From NCBI RefSeq assembly GCF_030144855.1, contig NC_082711.1, positions 104,098,001-104,162,000 of the forward strand: a DNA stretch of 64,000 nt. Reading direction: 5' to 3'. A model generated the notes under the pieces. It had not been told where the DNA came from. It was given only the letters and a program-made list of their open reading frames with translations, and did no database searches. The translations under genes were made by a program, and so were the position numbers. The DNA is from Hypanus sabinus. Its lineage: Eukaryota. Of this stretch, positions 36,383 to 51,044 are shown piece after piece (positions within the stretch are counted from its first letter, which is position 1; each line of letters starts with the position of its first letter).

Positions 36383-39300
36383 GGAGGGCATCGCATTATG
36401 ACATAGGATCAAGACGTTGGAAATCCAGCTCCCTTGTAAAAAGTAATGAAATAGGGTTTAAATGAAGAAGAGTTAACAAATACCTACTAGAAACTATTTA
36501 TAAGCAACTCAGGATTATTTTTAGATATGGCTCCTAAACCGAAACAGAAGAAGGCTACTACTTCGAAGACTGTGCAAATCGGCGGGGAAAAAGACCTAAC
36601 TGTCTTGGCGAAGCCTCATACTCAAGTTGGATCTCCTCCCAGTGAGGGGCATGACACTTCTGATGATGCAGGACAGGAAGTTACAGCAATGTCAGCGATC
36701 TCTAAGAAGAAATGGCAAGAACAATGCATGCGCGAAGAAACAAGTAAGCATGAATAGATATTAACAAAACTACAAATCCCAACTATGGCTGAAAGTGAAT
36801 CGGAAGTGGAGTCAGACTCTTTGGGAAACACAGATGAAGAAGAAGAGGAAAAGAAGGAGGAGATTAAAGGAGACATAAGAGATATCCTGATATATATGAT
36901 GAATGAATTAAAAGCTATAAGAACAGATATAAGAAGGATGCAGATTACACTCAATAACGTGGTGGAAAAACAAAAGAAGATGGATAATAAAGTTAAAGAG
37001 ATGGAAGTAAAAATGGAAGAAAACACCGAAAGAATAGATAAGATAGAAGACAATAATCTTGCCTGGACAATAGAAAGAAAACGGATGTTGGAAAAAATAA
37101 ATGCGCTTGAAAACTCTAGTAGACAAAATAATATTAAAATTGTTGGTCTTATGGAAGGTACAGAGGGAGAAAATCCAATAAAATACTTTCAAGAATGGAT
37201 TCTGAAGATTTTGGAAATGAAAGAAGGAAGCCAAGTATTTGAAATTGAAGGAGCACACAGAGCTTTAAGACCAAAACCTCAACAAGATCAAAATCCAAGA
37301 TCAATTTTGATAAAATGCTTAAGGTACCAAGATAAAGAAATTATCTTGAAGGCAGCTACTCAAGGTGCTAAAAAGAGAAATGGGCCATTGATGATAGAAG
37401 GGAAAAGAGTTTTTTTTATCCAGACATAAGTTACGATCTTCTGAAGAGGCGGAAGGAATTTAATCCAGTGAAAAAATGTTTATAGGAAAAGGGCTATAAA
37501 TTTTTATTGAGCTACCCAGCATAATTCATAATTTTCCTGGATAATGAAGAAAGAAGATTTTTCGTTGACTACTGGAAAGTGGAGAAATTTGTACAAGAAC
37601 TACCTGATAATCACGAGGAGTAAAGAATTATAGAAATGAAGTGGACTAAAGATGAAGACTGAAATAAGGTTGGACTTGACGGACATTTATAAGGGAAAAA
37701 AGTTTGAGGAGTATTAATTGGGAGTAGAGACATTAATTATTTTCTTTTTTTTCCTTCACTAATATATTTTATTTTTTTTGCGGGGGAGCTGGAGGAGCTC
37801 CTGATTGATGGCTGCGAGTTTCACGTGTACAATCATGGTGATTGCCATGTCCCGTAAAATGGGGGGGTAATGTTGTGTTCTTTTTATTCGCAACATTAGT
37901 GGGGGAGGGTATTTTGTTTTTTTTTCTTATATATTAGTTACCTTTCTTCTATTTTTCTTCTTTTTTGCCTGGATGGTTGGGCAGAGACTCATAGCAACAT
38001 GGAGAATTTTAAAGAGTTCCCAAGGTATTATGAATGATTAATTTACCTAATTTTTTAAGTTTTAAAGTTAATGGACTTAATGGACCTGTGAAAAGAAAAA
38101 GAGTTTGAACATATATTAAAAAAATGAAAGGAGATATAGCTTTTCTACAAGAAACACATTTAACAGAAACAGAATATAAGAAATTAAAGAGAGATTGGGT
38201 TGGAAATGTCATTGCAGCTTCATTTAATTCAAAATCGAGAGGAGTTGCAATTTTGGTTAATAAAACTTTACCAATTAAAATACAAAATGTAGTAATTGGT
38301 TCTGTGGGGAGATATGTGATTATACATTGTCAAATTTTTTCAGAATTATGGACTGTTATGAACATTTATGCACCAAATGAAAATGATGCAAAATTCATAC
38401 AAGAAGTTTTTTTGAACTTGGCTGATGCACATGATAAAATATTAATAGGTGGAGACTTTAATTTTTGTTTAGATCCATTTTCGGATCGGTCAACTAAAGT
38501 TGCTACAAAATCAAAGGTAATAAAACTAACTTTATCATTAATGAAAGATTTAAACCTGATTGATGTATGGAGAAAAATTAATCCAAGAGAAGGAGATTAT
38601 TCATTTTATTCAAATAGACATAAAACTTACTCAAGGATTGATTTTTTTATTGTCAAAAAATATTCAGGATAGAGTGAAAAGTGGGGAATATAAAGCAAGA
38701 ATACTGTCAGATCATTCCCCTTTGATAATGACAATGATAATGATGGATAAGGAGGAATGGATCTATAGATGGAGATTTAATTCAATTTTATTAAAATGTC
38801 AAGATTTTTGTGATTTTATGAAAAAACAGATTCAATTTTTTTGATACAAATTTACATTCTGTTGATAAAATTGTATTATGGGATGCGATGAAAGCATACT
38901 TAAGGGGTCAGATTACAAGTTATACATCTAAAATTATGAAGGAATACATGGCAGAAATAGATCAATTGGAGAAAGATATCATAAAGTTAGAAAAAGAGTC
39001 TCAAAGATATATGACAGAAGAAAAATGAAGACAATTTGTTAATAAAAAATTACAGTATAATACACTCCAGACATCGTACAGAAAAATTAAGTATGCGAAC
39101 TAAACAGAAATATTATGAATTAGGTGAAAGATCACATAAGATTCTTGCTTGGCAGCTGAAAACAGAACAGGCTTCTAAAACAATAAATGCAATTTGAACA
39201 AGTGTAAATAAGGTTACTTATAAACCTTTAGAAATTAATGAAACTTTAAAAAAAATTATGGTGAACTATATCAATCAGAATCACAAAATAAGATTGCTGA

Positions 39301-42039
39301 GATAGATAAATTTTTATCACAAATAACCCTTCCAAAATTAAATTTGGAAGAACAGAAAGGATTAGATATGCCCTTTACATTAAAAGAGGCCGAAGAAGCT
39401 TTAGGATCACTTCAGTGTAATAAATCCCCAAGAGAAGATGGTTTTCCTCCTGAATTTTATAAAAAAAATTAAAGATTTATTAATTCCTCCTTTTATGGAA
39501 TTAATATATCAAGTGGAAAGAATGCATAAACTCCCACAATCTTTTTTAACAGTGATCATAACTGTATTGCCAAAAAAGACAGAGATTCTTTAAAACCAAC
39601 ATCATATAGGTCTATTTCTTTGTTGAATACAGATTATAAAATAATAGCAAACATTTTATCTAATAGAATATCTAAATATTTACCAAAATTAATACATAGG
39701 GATCAAATAGGTTTTATTAAAAATAATCAATGGATAATATAACCCAGTTACCTAGTATAATTCATTTGGCACAAAAAAGAAAGGAAATGAGTGTGGCAGT
39801 TGCTTTGGATGCAGAGAAAGCATTTGATAGATTGGAATGGGGTTTTTTATTTAAGGCATTGGAAAAATATGAGTAAGGAAAATCTTTTATACAATGGATT
39901 AAAACCTTAAATACTAATCCTCAAGCTAAAGTAGTTACAAATGGTCAGATTTCAACACAATTTTGCTTAACGAGGTCAACTAGAAAGGTTGCCCATTATC
40001 ACCTACTTTATTTGTATTGGCAATAGAACCATTAGCTGAATTAATTAGAACAGATTCAGACATCTCAGGGGCTTTAGAATTAATCAAGAAGAATATGAGA
40101 TTAATTTATTTGCTGCTGATGATTTGATTTATTTAACAAACCCATTGCAATCTTTGCAAAGATTATCTTTTAGATTGGAAGAATATGGGAAAGTATCAGG
40201 GTATAAAGTAAATTGGGATAAAAGTGACATTTTACCCCTTACCGAAGGAAATTATAATCAATGTCAATTAGTAACTCAATTTCGATGGTCAATAAATGGG
40301 ATAAAATATTTAGGTATTAGAGTTGATAATGATGTAAAAAATTTATATAAACAAAATTATTTGCCGTTATTAAAAAAAAATAAAAGAGGATCTTGATAAA
40401 TGGATGATGTTACCAATAACATTAATAGGTAGAGTTAATGCTGTAAAAATGAATATATTTCCTAGATTGCAATATTTATTCCAAACTTTACCAATACAAT
40501 TACCTCAGAAGTTTTTTTCAAGAACTGAATAAATATGTAAGGAAATTTCTTTGGAAAGGAAAGATATCAAGAATATCATTGGAAAAATTGACATGTAAAT
40601 TTGATTTAGGAATGTTACAACTTCCAAACTTTAATGAATTGTTATAAAGCAAATCAACTTAGATATATTGCGTCTTTTTTTGATGAAGAGAAACCGGCAT
40701 GGATTAGAATAGAATTAGATAAGATAGGAGAAAACATACCAGAAGATTTTATACATAAATGGGAATCCAAATGGATATGGGAAAAAAAAGGATCTCCTAT
40801 ATTAAGACACTTGATTGATTTATGGAATAAGGTAAATATGGACGATGAGATAAAGAAATCTTTATTAGCAAAAAGAACTTTAATTCAAAATAGGCTTATT
40901 CCTTTTACAATGGATAATAAACTTTTACATAATTGGTTCCAAAAAGGGATTAAATAAATAGGTGATTGTTTTGAAGGAGGTATATTGATGTCATTTGATC
41001 AATTAAAAAATAAATATAAAATATCAAACAACACTCTTTTCTGTTATTTTCAATTAAAGGCTTATTTACAAGAAAAGCTGGGTCAAACAATGTTGATGCC
41101 AAAACCTAGTGAAATAGAAATATTAATTCAAAAAGGAAAAATTAAAAAAATTACATCTTGTATGTACAATTTGATTCAAAATCAGACAATTAAATCAGGA
41201 ATTCATAAATCAAGACAAAAATGGGAATCTGATTTGAATATTAAAATTGATGGAAAAAGCTGGTCAAGATTATGTTCTGATAGTATGATAAATACAATAA
41301 ATGTTCAACTTATATTAGTACAATATAATTTTTTACATCAATTATATATGACACCACAGAAAATAAATATATTAAATTCAAATATGTCTGACCAATGTTT
41401 TCGATGTAATCAAGAAATTTGTACTTTTTTACATTCTACTTGGTCTTGTTTTAAAATTCAATCATTTTGGATAAATCTAAGACTTTTATTGGAACAAATT
41501 ACTGGAGTACAACTCCCACATAGTCTAATATTATTTTTATTAGGAGACATTGAAGGGACAATACCAAAACTTAATTTGATTAAGTATCAGAAAAAAATTA
41601 TTAAAATAGCATAGGCAGTAGCCAAAAGAGTTATCGCAATTACTTGGAAATCTGATTTATATTTAACTATGGATTGTTGGAATAATGAAATATGTAGTTG
41701 TATTCAACTTAAAAAAATTACATACAATCTAAGAAATGAATATGATATATTTTTGAAAATTTGGCTTCCATACCTAAACAAGATAGGATTAAATAGGTCC
41801 TTTGAAGATAAAATGATAAAGTAATTGAGGAAAGTAAAAATAAATATTAAAATTATTTTGAACTCCGTGGAGCATGTGGAGATCCTTCGATATCCAGGCA
41901 ATCTTTCTCTTCTTTCTTTCTTTTTTTTTCTTTCTTTAGACAAGGGTTGGGGGGGAGGGTTAATATTATTTTTCTCTTTCTTACTATTTTATCATTACAT
42001 TTATTCTTTGTAATTTTCTGAAAATTTAATAAATAAAAA
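36383..42039 (+). mobile_element. Full-length L1-clade LINE with a 15-bp TSD; ORFs disrupted
   Basis: TSD AAGATTCAATTTATA at 36368-36382 and 42040-42054; ORF1 (coiled coil, RQNNIKIVGL, HRALRPKP); ORF2 EN (FLQETHL, NIYAPN, GGDFN, YSRIDFF), RT and C-terminal CFRC..H..WSC; tail aataaataaaaaa. Confidence 0.95.
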
Positions 42040-44465
42040 AAGATTCAATTTATAACCTGAAAAACTACAAAACTGAGCAAGTAGTGATATTATTGCAGGG
42101 ATGGATTTCTCTGGGTTAGAGATATGGAGTAACAGATCATCTGCATATAGTGTTACCTTATGTGCCCCATTCCCACAAATATACCAAATATATTGGGTAA
42201 ATCACAAAGAGCGAATTCCAAGGGCTCCAAGGCAATATCAACTAGTAAAGGACTTAAAGGACAGCCCTGTCGAGTACCTTGAAAAAGCCTGAAAAAGGCA
42301 AATCTCTGATTATTGGTAAATACAGAAGCCAAAGGTGTATGATATATCAATTTAATCCAAGATATGAATTTTGGGCTAAAATTAAATTTCTCAAGCATGT
42401 ATTCCCATTCAACTCTATCAAACGCCTTCTCCGCTTCAAGCAAAATAACACATTCTGGAGTTTTAGGTGAAGAAGTATATATAATATTCATTAACCTTCT
42501 AACATTAAAATGATTTTAATCAATTCTGTCTGGTCATCAGAGACAATTTGTGGCAATACATTTTCCAATCAATTTGCCAATATTTTGGAAAAGATTTTGG
42601 AGTCCACATTCAACCAGGATATAGGTCTATATGATGCACATTCAGTGGGGTCTTTATCTTTTTAAGGAATTAAAGAAATAGTTTCTTCATAAAAGGATTG
42701 TGGTAATTTACCTACAAATAAAGCATCCTAAAGATTCCAAAAAGAAAGTAGATTTGAAAAACATTTTTAAAATTCTACTGTTTACCCATCCAAACCAAGT
42801 ACTTTACCAGAATTTATCAAAGAAATTGCTTTCTTTATTTCTTCGTCCATGATGGGTGCATCTAATGCTAAAGGTTCATTAAGTGGTAGTTTTGGAATAT
42901 TCAATTTCCTTAAAAGTTCATGCATTATGGTAGAATCATCAGGAAATTCTGATTGGTATAAAGAGGTATAGAATTCTTGAAAAGATTTATTAATTTTGTC
43001 ATGATCAACTGCCAAAATACCATCCCATTTATGAACATTAATAATCTGACATTTAGCTGAAGCAACTTTCAATTGGTTGTCTAGTAATTTACCTGATTTA
43101 TCACCATATACTTAAAAATGACACCTAGTTTTCAGTAATTGATTTTCAGTCGGGGATGTTAATAACAAACTGTGTTGCATCTGAAGTTCAACTCTCTTTT
43201 TATAAAGCTGCGGATTAGGAGGAGCAGAATATTTTTTATCAATTTCTTTAATCTTATCAACCAATGTACATATTTTATTATTAATTTGTTTCGTCAATCC
43301 AGCAGAATATGAAATAATTTGCCCATGGATGTATACTTTAAAGGTATCCTATAATATACCACTTGAAATCTCTTCTGTAAAGTTAGTTGAAAAGAAAAAG
43401 GCAATCTGTTGTTTAATAAAGTTAACAAAGTTTATGTCCAGAAGCAGAGTAGAATTGAACCGCCATTGTCTAGCGCTAAAAGTTACATCAGTTAATTTGA
43501 TTGATAGTTTCAAGGGCGCGTGATCGGAAACTGTGATTGCATCTTACTCACAGGCAGTAACAGATGGAACTAATTGAGAGTCGATAAAAAAGTATTCAAT
43601 TCTAGAGTAATTATGATATACATGAGAAAAGAATGAAAACTCTTTTTTGTTATGATTTAAAAACATCCAAATTTCTAAAATTCCGGAGTCAACTAAAAAC
43701 AAATTAATAAAAATAGTGAATTTGTTTGGAAGTACCTGATTACATGCAGACCTGTCCATCGAGAGATTCAGGCAACAGTGAAAATCTCCGCTCATTATCA
43801 ACGTATATTTATTTAGATTAGGAAGAGATGCAAATAGATCTTTAAAGAATTCAAGATAGTCAACATTTGGTGCACAGATATTAACCATAACACCTTTTTG
43901 GTTATAAAATAAACCAATAATTAATAGAAATCTACCATTCAGGTCTGAAATTCTTTCATAGTGAACAAATGCAATCGAGGAGTCTATAAAAATAGAAACC
44001 CTTTTCCCCTTAGCCTGTGAGTTGGAGTGAAATTGTTGATCTTTCCAAAACCTAAAAAAACACTGTTAATCCTCCTTCCTCACATGAGTTTCCTGGGCAA
44101 AGATCATCTGAGCATTTAATCTATGAAAAACTTGAAAAATCTTCTTCTATTTAATCGGATGATTCAAATGATTCATATTCCATTAGACAAAGTTAATAAT
44201 ATTATCCATTTTATTAGAAAAAAACATATGTTAGATAAAGGGTTAACCTTACTGCATAGGAAGCTCATCAGTCAGGAAGAGGGGAAAAGGTTTAAAGGGG
44301 AACCGGATGTTACGACAATTCAGACACATTTGCAGTTTGAGATCAGCCCAGATTGAAAAAACTAAACTAAAAATAGCCCCACGTTTACAAAACATTTTGA
44401 AAGGTGAGATCTTGAAAAGTGAAACAGAATACAATCTTATTAATATTTCAGGGGGAAAAAATCAA

Positions 44466-46320
44466 TCACCAAATCTCAAGAAAGAGATTAGAAAAGCTAA
44501 AAGAAGATACGAGGTTGGTTTGGCAAACAAGGTGAAAGTAAATCCGAAAGGTTTCTACAGTTATATTAAAAGCAAGAGGATAGTGAGGGATAAAATTGGC
44601 CCCTTAGAGAATCAGAGTGGTCAGCTATGTGTGGAGCCAAGGGAGATAGGAGAGATTTTGAATGATTTCTTCTCTTCGGTATTCACTAAGGAGAAGGATG
44701 TTGAATTGTGTAAGGTGTGGGAAACAAGTAAGGAAGTTATGGAACCTATGACAATTAAAGAGGTGGAAGTACTGGTGCTTTTAAGAAATTTAAAAGTGGA
44801 TAAATCTCCGGGTCCTGACAGGATATTCCCCAGGACCTTGAGGGAAGTTTGTGTAGAAATAGCAGGAGCTCTGACGGAGATCTTTAAGATGTCATTAGAT
44901 ACGGGGATTGTGCCGGAGGATTGGCGTATTGCTCTTGTGGTTCCATTGTTTAAAAAGGGTTCTAGAAGTAAGCCTAGCAATTATAGACCTGTCAGTTTGA
45001 CATCAGTGGTGGGTAAATTAATGGAAAGTATTCTTAGAGATAGTATTAATAATTATCTGGATAGACAGGATCTGATTAGGAGTAGCCAGCATGGATTTGT
45101 GCGTGGAAGGTCATGTTTGACAAACCTTATTAAATTTTTTGAAGAAGTTACGAGGAATGTTGACGAGGGTAAGGCAGTGGATGTAGTCTAAATGGACTTC
45201 AGCAAGGCCTTTGACAAAGTTCCACATGGAAGGTTAGTTAAGAAGGTTCAGTCGTTAGGTATTAATGCTGGAGTAATAAAATGGATTCAACACTGGCTAG
45301 ATGGGAGATGCCAGAGAGTAGTAGTGGATAATTGTTTATCGGGATGGAGGCCAGTGACTAGCAGGGTGCCTCAGGGATCTGTTTTGGGCCCAATGTTGTT
45401 TGTAATATACATAAATGATCTGGATGATGAGGTGGTAAATTGGATTAGTAAATATGCCGATGATACTAAGGTGGGAGGTGTTGTGGATAATGAGGTGGGT
45501 TTTCAAAGCTTGCAGGGAGATTTATGCCGGTTAGAAGAATGGGCTGAACGTTGCCAGATGGAGTTTAATGCTGAGAAGTGTGAGGTTCTACATTTTGGCA
45601 GGAATAATTCAAATAGAACATACAGGGTAAATGGTAGGGCATTGAGGAATGCAGAGGAACAGAGAGATCTAGGAATAACAGTGCATAGTTCCCTGAAGGT
45701 GGAGTCTCATGTAGATAGGGTGGTGAAGAAGGCTTTTGGAATGCTGGCCTTTATAAATCAAAGCATTGAGTACAGAAGTTGGGATGTTCTGGTCACCAAA
45801 TTATAGGAAAGATATCAATAAATAAGAGAGAGTGCAGAGACGATTTACTAGGATGTTACCTGGGTTTCAGCACTTAAGTTACAGAGAAAGGTTGAACAAG
45901 TTAGGTCTCTATTCATTGGAGCATAGAAGGTTGAGGGGGGATTTGATCGAGGTATTTAAAATTTTGAGAGGGATAGATAGAGTTGACGTGAATAGGCTGT
46001 TTCCATTGAGAGTAGGGGAGATTCAAACAAGAGGACATGGTTTGAGAGTTAGGGGGCAGAAGTTTAAGGGAAACACGAGGGGGTATTTCTTTACTCAGAG
46101 AGTGATAGCTGTGTGGAATGAGCTTCCTGTAGAAGTAGTAGAGGCCAGTTCAGTTGTGTCATTTAAGGTAAAATTGGATAGGTATATGGACAGGAAAGGA
46201 GTGGAGGGTTATGGGCTGAGTGCGGGTAGGTGGGACTAGGTGAGATTAAGAGTTCGGCACGGACTAGGAGGGCTGAGATGGCCTGTTTCCGTGCTGTGAT
46301 TGCTATATGGTTATATGGTT
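44466..46320 (+). mobile_element. 5'-truncated CR1 LINE
   Basis: KSPGPD, NYRPVSLTS, QHGF..GRSCLTNL, MDFSKAFD, VPQGSVLGP, YADDTK; (TATGGT)n tail; candidate TSD AAATCAA at 44459-44465 and 46321-46327. Confidence 0.93.
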
Positions 46321-46884
46321 AAATCAAATTCTTAATTATTTTCAAAAACAAACAATTGAAAATAATAAAATAAAATAATAAAGGAAAAAAGAGGAACTTT
46401 AACATAGAAGCATGATAAACATCCATACTCCAAAACAGAGTACGAGTGTTATCAAACCAAGGGCAAAAATCCTCAAACTTCAGAAAGTCCAGATCTATGA
46501 ACTGGTTATCAACTTATAAACCAAATGATTACAGACACAAAGAGACAGTAAATTTATTGACAGCTGAGATCAAACATTGATCCTCAAGGAATTGATAAGC
46601 TTCTTCCATGGATTTAAACCATTTACGTGATTTATCAGGCAGAACAACCCTTATACGAGCTGGAAATAGCAGAGCTGGTTGAAACTTTCTTTGATAAAGC
46701 TCAGATATCATCGGTTTAAAAAGCGATCTTTCTCGCATTACCTCAGGACAGTGGTCTTCAACCAGATGAAACTTGAGGTCTCCATGTTCAATAACCCCTT
46801 TCCGATGGGCAATTTGAATTAAATGCTCCTCGATATGCACATAGTAGAATCAGAGTATAACAGGTTGAGGCTTCAACTCTTTAG

Positions 46885-49800
46885 ACAATAGGTGCAGGTC
46901 TAGGCCATTTGGCCCTTCGAGCCAGCACCGCCATTCACTGTGATCATGGCTGATCATACACAATCAGAACCCCATTCCTGCCTTCTCCCCATATCCCTTG
47001 ACTCCATTTTCTTTAAGAGATCTATCTAACTTTTTCTTGAAATCATCCAGAGAATTGGCCTCCACTGCCTTCTAAGGCAGAGCATTCCATAGATCCACAA
47101 CTCTCTGGGTGAAAAAGTTTTTCCTCAACTCTGTTCTAAGTGGCCTACCCCTTATTCTTAAACTGTGGCCTCTGGTTCTGGACTCCACCAACATCGGGAA
47201 CATGTTTACTGTCTCTAGAGTGCCCAATCCCTTAATAATCATATATGTTTCAATCAGATCCCCACTCATCCTTCTAAATTCCAGTGTATACAAGCCCAGT
47301 CGCTCCAATCTTTCAACATATGACGGTCCCGCCATTCTGGGAATTAACATTGTGAACCTGTGCTGCACTCCCTCAATAGCAAGAATGTCCTTCCTCAAAT
47401 TTGGAGACCAAAACTGCACACAATACTCCAGGTGTGGTTTCACCAGGGCCCTGTACAACTGCAGAAGGACCTCTTTGCTCCTATACTCAACTGCCCTTGT
47501 TATGAAGGCCAACATGCCATTAGATTTCTTCACTGCCTGCTGTACCTGCAGTGACTGATGAACAAGGACACCTAGATCTCGTTGTACTTCCCCTTTTCCT
47601 AACTTGACACCATTCAGATAGTAATCTGCCTCCTGTTCTTGCTACCAAAGTGGATAACCTCACATTTTTCCACATTAAACTGCATCTGCCATGCATCTGC
47701 CCACTCACCCAACCTGTCCAAGTCACCCTGCATTCTCCTAACATCCTCCTCATATTTCACACTGCCACCCAGCTTTGTGTCATCTGCAAATTTGATACTG
47801 TTACTTGTAATCCCTTCATCTAAATCATTAATGTATATTGTAAATAGCTGCAGTTTCAGCACGGAGCTATGTGGTACCCCCACTAGTCACTGCCTGCCAT
47901 TCTGAAAAGGACCCGTTAATCCCTACTCTTAGTTTCCTATCTGCCAACCAATTTTCTATCCATGTTAGTACCCTGCCCCCAATACCATGTGCCTTAATGT
48001 TGCCCACTAGTCTCCTACATGGGAACTTATCAAAGGCTTTCTGAAAATCCAGGTACACTAAATTTACTGGCTCTCCCTTGTCCATAGTTACATCCTCAAA
48101 AATTTCCAGAAGATTAGTCAAGCATGATTTCCCCTTTGTAAATCCATGCTGACTCAGACCAATCCTGTTACTGCTATCCAAATGTGCCACTATTTCATCT
48201 TTTATAATTGACTCCAGCATCTTCCTCAGTACTGATGTCAGGCTAACTGGTGTATAATTCCCTGTTTTCTCTCTCCCTCCTTTCTTAAAAAGTGGGATAA
48301 CATTAGCTACCCTTCAATCCTCAGGAACTGATCCTGAATCTATAGAACATTAGAAAATGATTACCAATGCGTCCACGATTTCTAGAGCCACCTCCTTAAG
48401 TACATTGGGATGCAGACCATCAGGCCCTAGGGATTTATCAGTCTTCAGTCCCATGAGTCTACCCAACACCATTCTCTGCCTAATGTGAATTTCCTTCAGT
48501 TCCTCCATTACTCTAGGTCCTCTGGCCACTATTACATCTGTGAGATTGTCTGTGTCTTCCCTAGTGAAGGCAGATCCAAAGTATCAGTTCAACTTGTCTG
48601 CCATTTCCTTATTCCCCTAATAAATTCACCTGTTTCTGCCTTCAAGGGCCCAACTTTGGTCTTAACTAATTTTTTCCTCTTCACATACCTAAAGAAGCTC
48701 TTACTATCCTCCTTTATATTCTTGACTAGCTTACCTTCATACCTTACCTTTTCTCCCCGTATTACCTCTTTAGTAATCTTCTGTTGCTCTTTAAAAGTTT
48801 CCAAATCCTCTGGCTTCTAGTTCATCTTTGTTATGTTATTCTTCTCTTTTATTTTTATACTGTCCTTGACTTCCCTTGTCAGCCACGGTCGCCCCCTACC
48901 CCCCTTAGAATCTTTCTTCCTCTTTGGAATGAACTGATCCTGCACCTTCTGAATTATTCCCAGAAATACCTGCCATTGTTGTTCCACTGTCATCCCTGCT
49001 AGGGTATCCTTCCAGTCTACTTCGGTTAGTTCCTCCCTCATGGCTCCATAATCCCCTTTGTTCAACTGTAATACTGACACTTCTGATTTTCCCTTCTCCC
49101 TCTCAAATTGTAGATCAAAACTTATCATATTATGGTCACTACCTCCTAATGGCTCCTTTACCTCGAGTTCCCTTATCAAATCCAGTTCATTACAAAATTC
49201 TAAATCCAGAGTTGCCTTCTCCCTGGTAGGCTCCAGTACAAGCTGCTCTAAGAATCCATCTCGGAGGCACTCCACAAACTCCCTTTCTTGGGGTCCAGTA
49301 CCAACCTGATTTTCCCAGTTTACCTGCATGTTGAAATCCCCCATTACAGCCATAGCATTACCTTTGCGACATGTTGATTTTAGCTCTTGATTCAACTTGC
49401 ACCCTATATCCAGGTTACTATTTGGGGCCTGTAGATAACTCCCATTAGGGTTGTTTTGCCCTTACAATTTCTCAGTTCTATCCATACTGGCTCTACATCT
49501 CCTGATTCTATGTCACCCCTTGCAAGGGACTGAATATCATTCCTCACCAACAGAGCCACCCCACCCCCTCTGCTCACCTGTCTGTCCTTTTGATAGGATG
49601 TATATCAAAAGAATATCCATTTCCCAGCCCTGGTCCTCTTGCAGCCATGTCTCTGTTATTCCTACAACATCATACTTGCCAACTTCCAACTGAGCCTCAA
49701 GCTCATCCACTTTATTTCTTATACTTCATGCATTCATATATAATACTTTTAATCCATTACTCCCCTCACTTCTCACATTGATGCCTATTGCACTTGGCCA

Positions 49801-51044
49801 TACTCTCCGATCCCTTCCTGAGCTTTTTGCCCCGTTAATTCTGTTGTCTTTCTTATCTTTTCTTATTCTCTCTTTCCCTCTAACTCCATCCTTATGTTTC
49901 CAGTTTGTCTCCTCCCTCGCACTTATTAGTTTAAACATACCCATGTAGCAGTGACAAACCTGCTTGCCAGAATGCTGGTCCCCCTCCTGTTAAGATGCAA
50001 CCCGTCCCTTTTGTACAATTCATCCTTACCCCAGAACAGATCCCAGTGGTCTAAGAATCTAAAACCCTGCTTGCTGCACCAGCTCCTCAGCCACACGTTG
50101 AGATCCCATATCTCCCTGTTCCTGCCCTCACCAGCACGAGGAACTGGAAGCAAACCGGAGAATACCACACTGGAGGTCCTGCTTTTCAGCCCTCTGCCAA
50201 GTTCTCTGAAGTCACACTGCAGAATTTCTTTCCTCTTCTTCCCGACATCACTTCTGCCGACATGCACTACCATTTCCGGCTGTTCACCTTCACCCTTGAG
50301 GATGCCCTGCAATCGGTCCGTGATGTCCTGGATCCTGGCTTCATGGAGGCAACACACCAACCTTAAATCCTGCCTGTTGCCACAGAAACCCCTTTCTGTA
50401 CCTCTCACTATGGAGTCCCCTACTACCACAGCTCTGCCTGATGTCTGTCTCTTCGGCTTTGCTTCAGCGCCAATTTTTGACTCGCAGACCTGTCCACCTT
50501 TCAGACTGGCAGTGTCTTCTGTCTCGACAGCTTCCAAGAGGGTGGACGTGTTTTCAAGAGGCACATCTCCCGGAGTCTTCTGTACTTCAAGAATCTATCC
50601 CTTCCTCATCGTCAACCCCCTTCTCTCTTCCAGTATCTTCAGTGTAACGATCTCACTGTAGGTCCTGTCCAGAAATCTCTCATTTTCACGGATGAACCTG
50701 AGGTCATCCAGTTGCCTCTCCAGTGCCCCAACACAGTCCTTCAGGAGATGAACCTGGACACACGTTTCACAGCTGTAGCAACCGGAGGCACCATCAGTGT
50801 CGCTGACCTCCCACATCAGGCAAGCATCACACTGAATCAGATTACCTGTCATCTCTTCACCACCTCTCACCCTCTCCAACTGTGGCGTAGTCTCCTCACT
50901 CAGCCTCCTCGCTGAAGATTCTCGAGCCAAAGACTCATACTTTTCTCACAAGGCACTTCCCTCGACAAGGCCGCTCCCCGAGTCAAAGCCTCAAAGCTCC
51001 ACTCCTTTACTGGCCCATTCACACACTGCCCACTTTCCACTGCT
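46885..51044 (-). mobile_element. Near full-length CR1 LINE with zinc-finger/esterase ORF1
   Basis: ORF1 C..C...C..C (50595-50930) and SGNH-type VVGDSIVRG..VHVG..DGLHLN (49926-50564); ORF2 EN (MGDFN, SDHN) and RT (DFQKAFD, FADDTK); candidate TSD TTTAG at 46880-46884 and 51045-51049. Confidence 0.93.
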
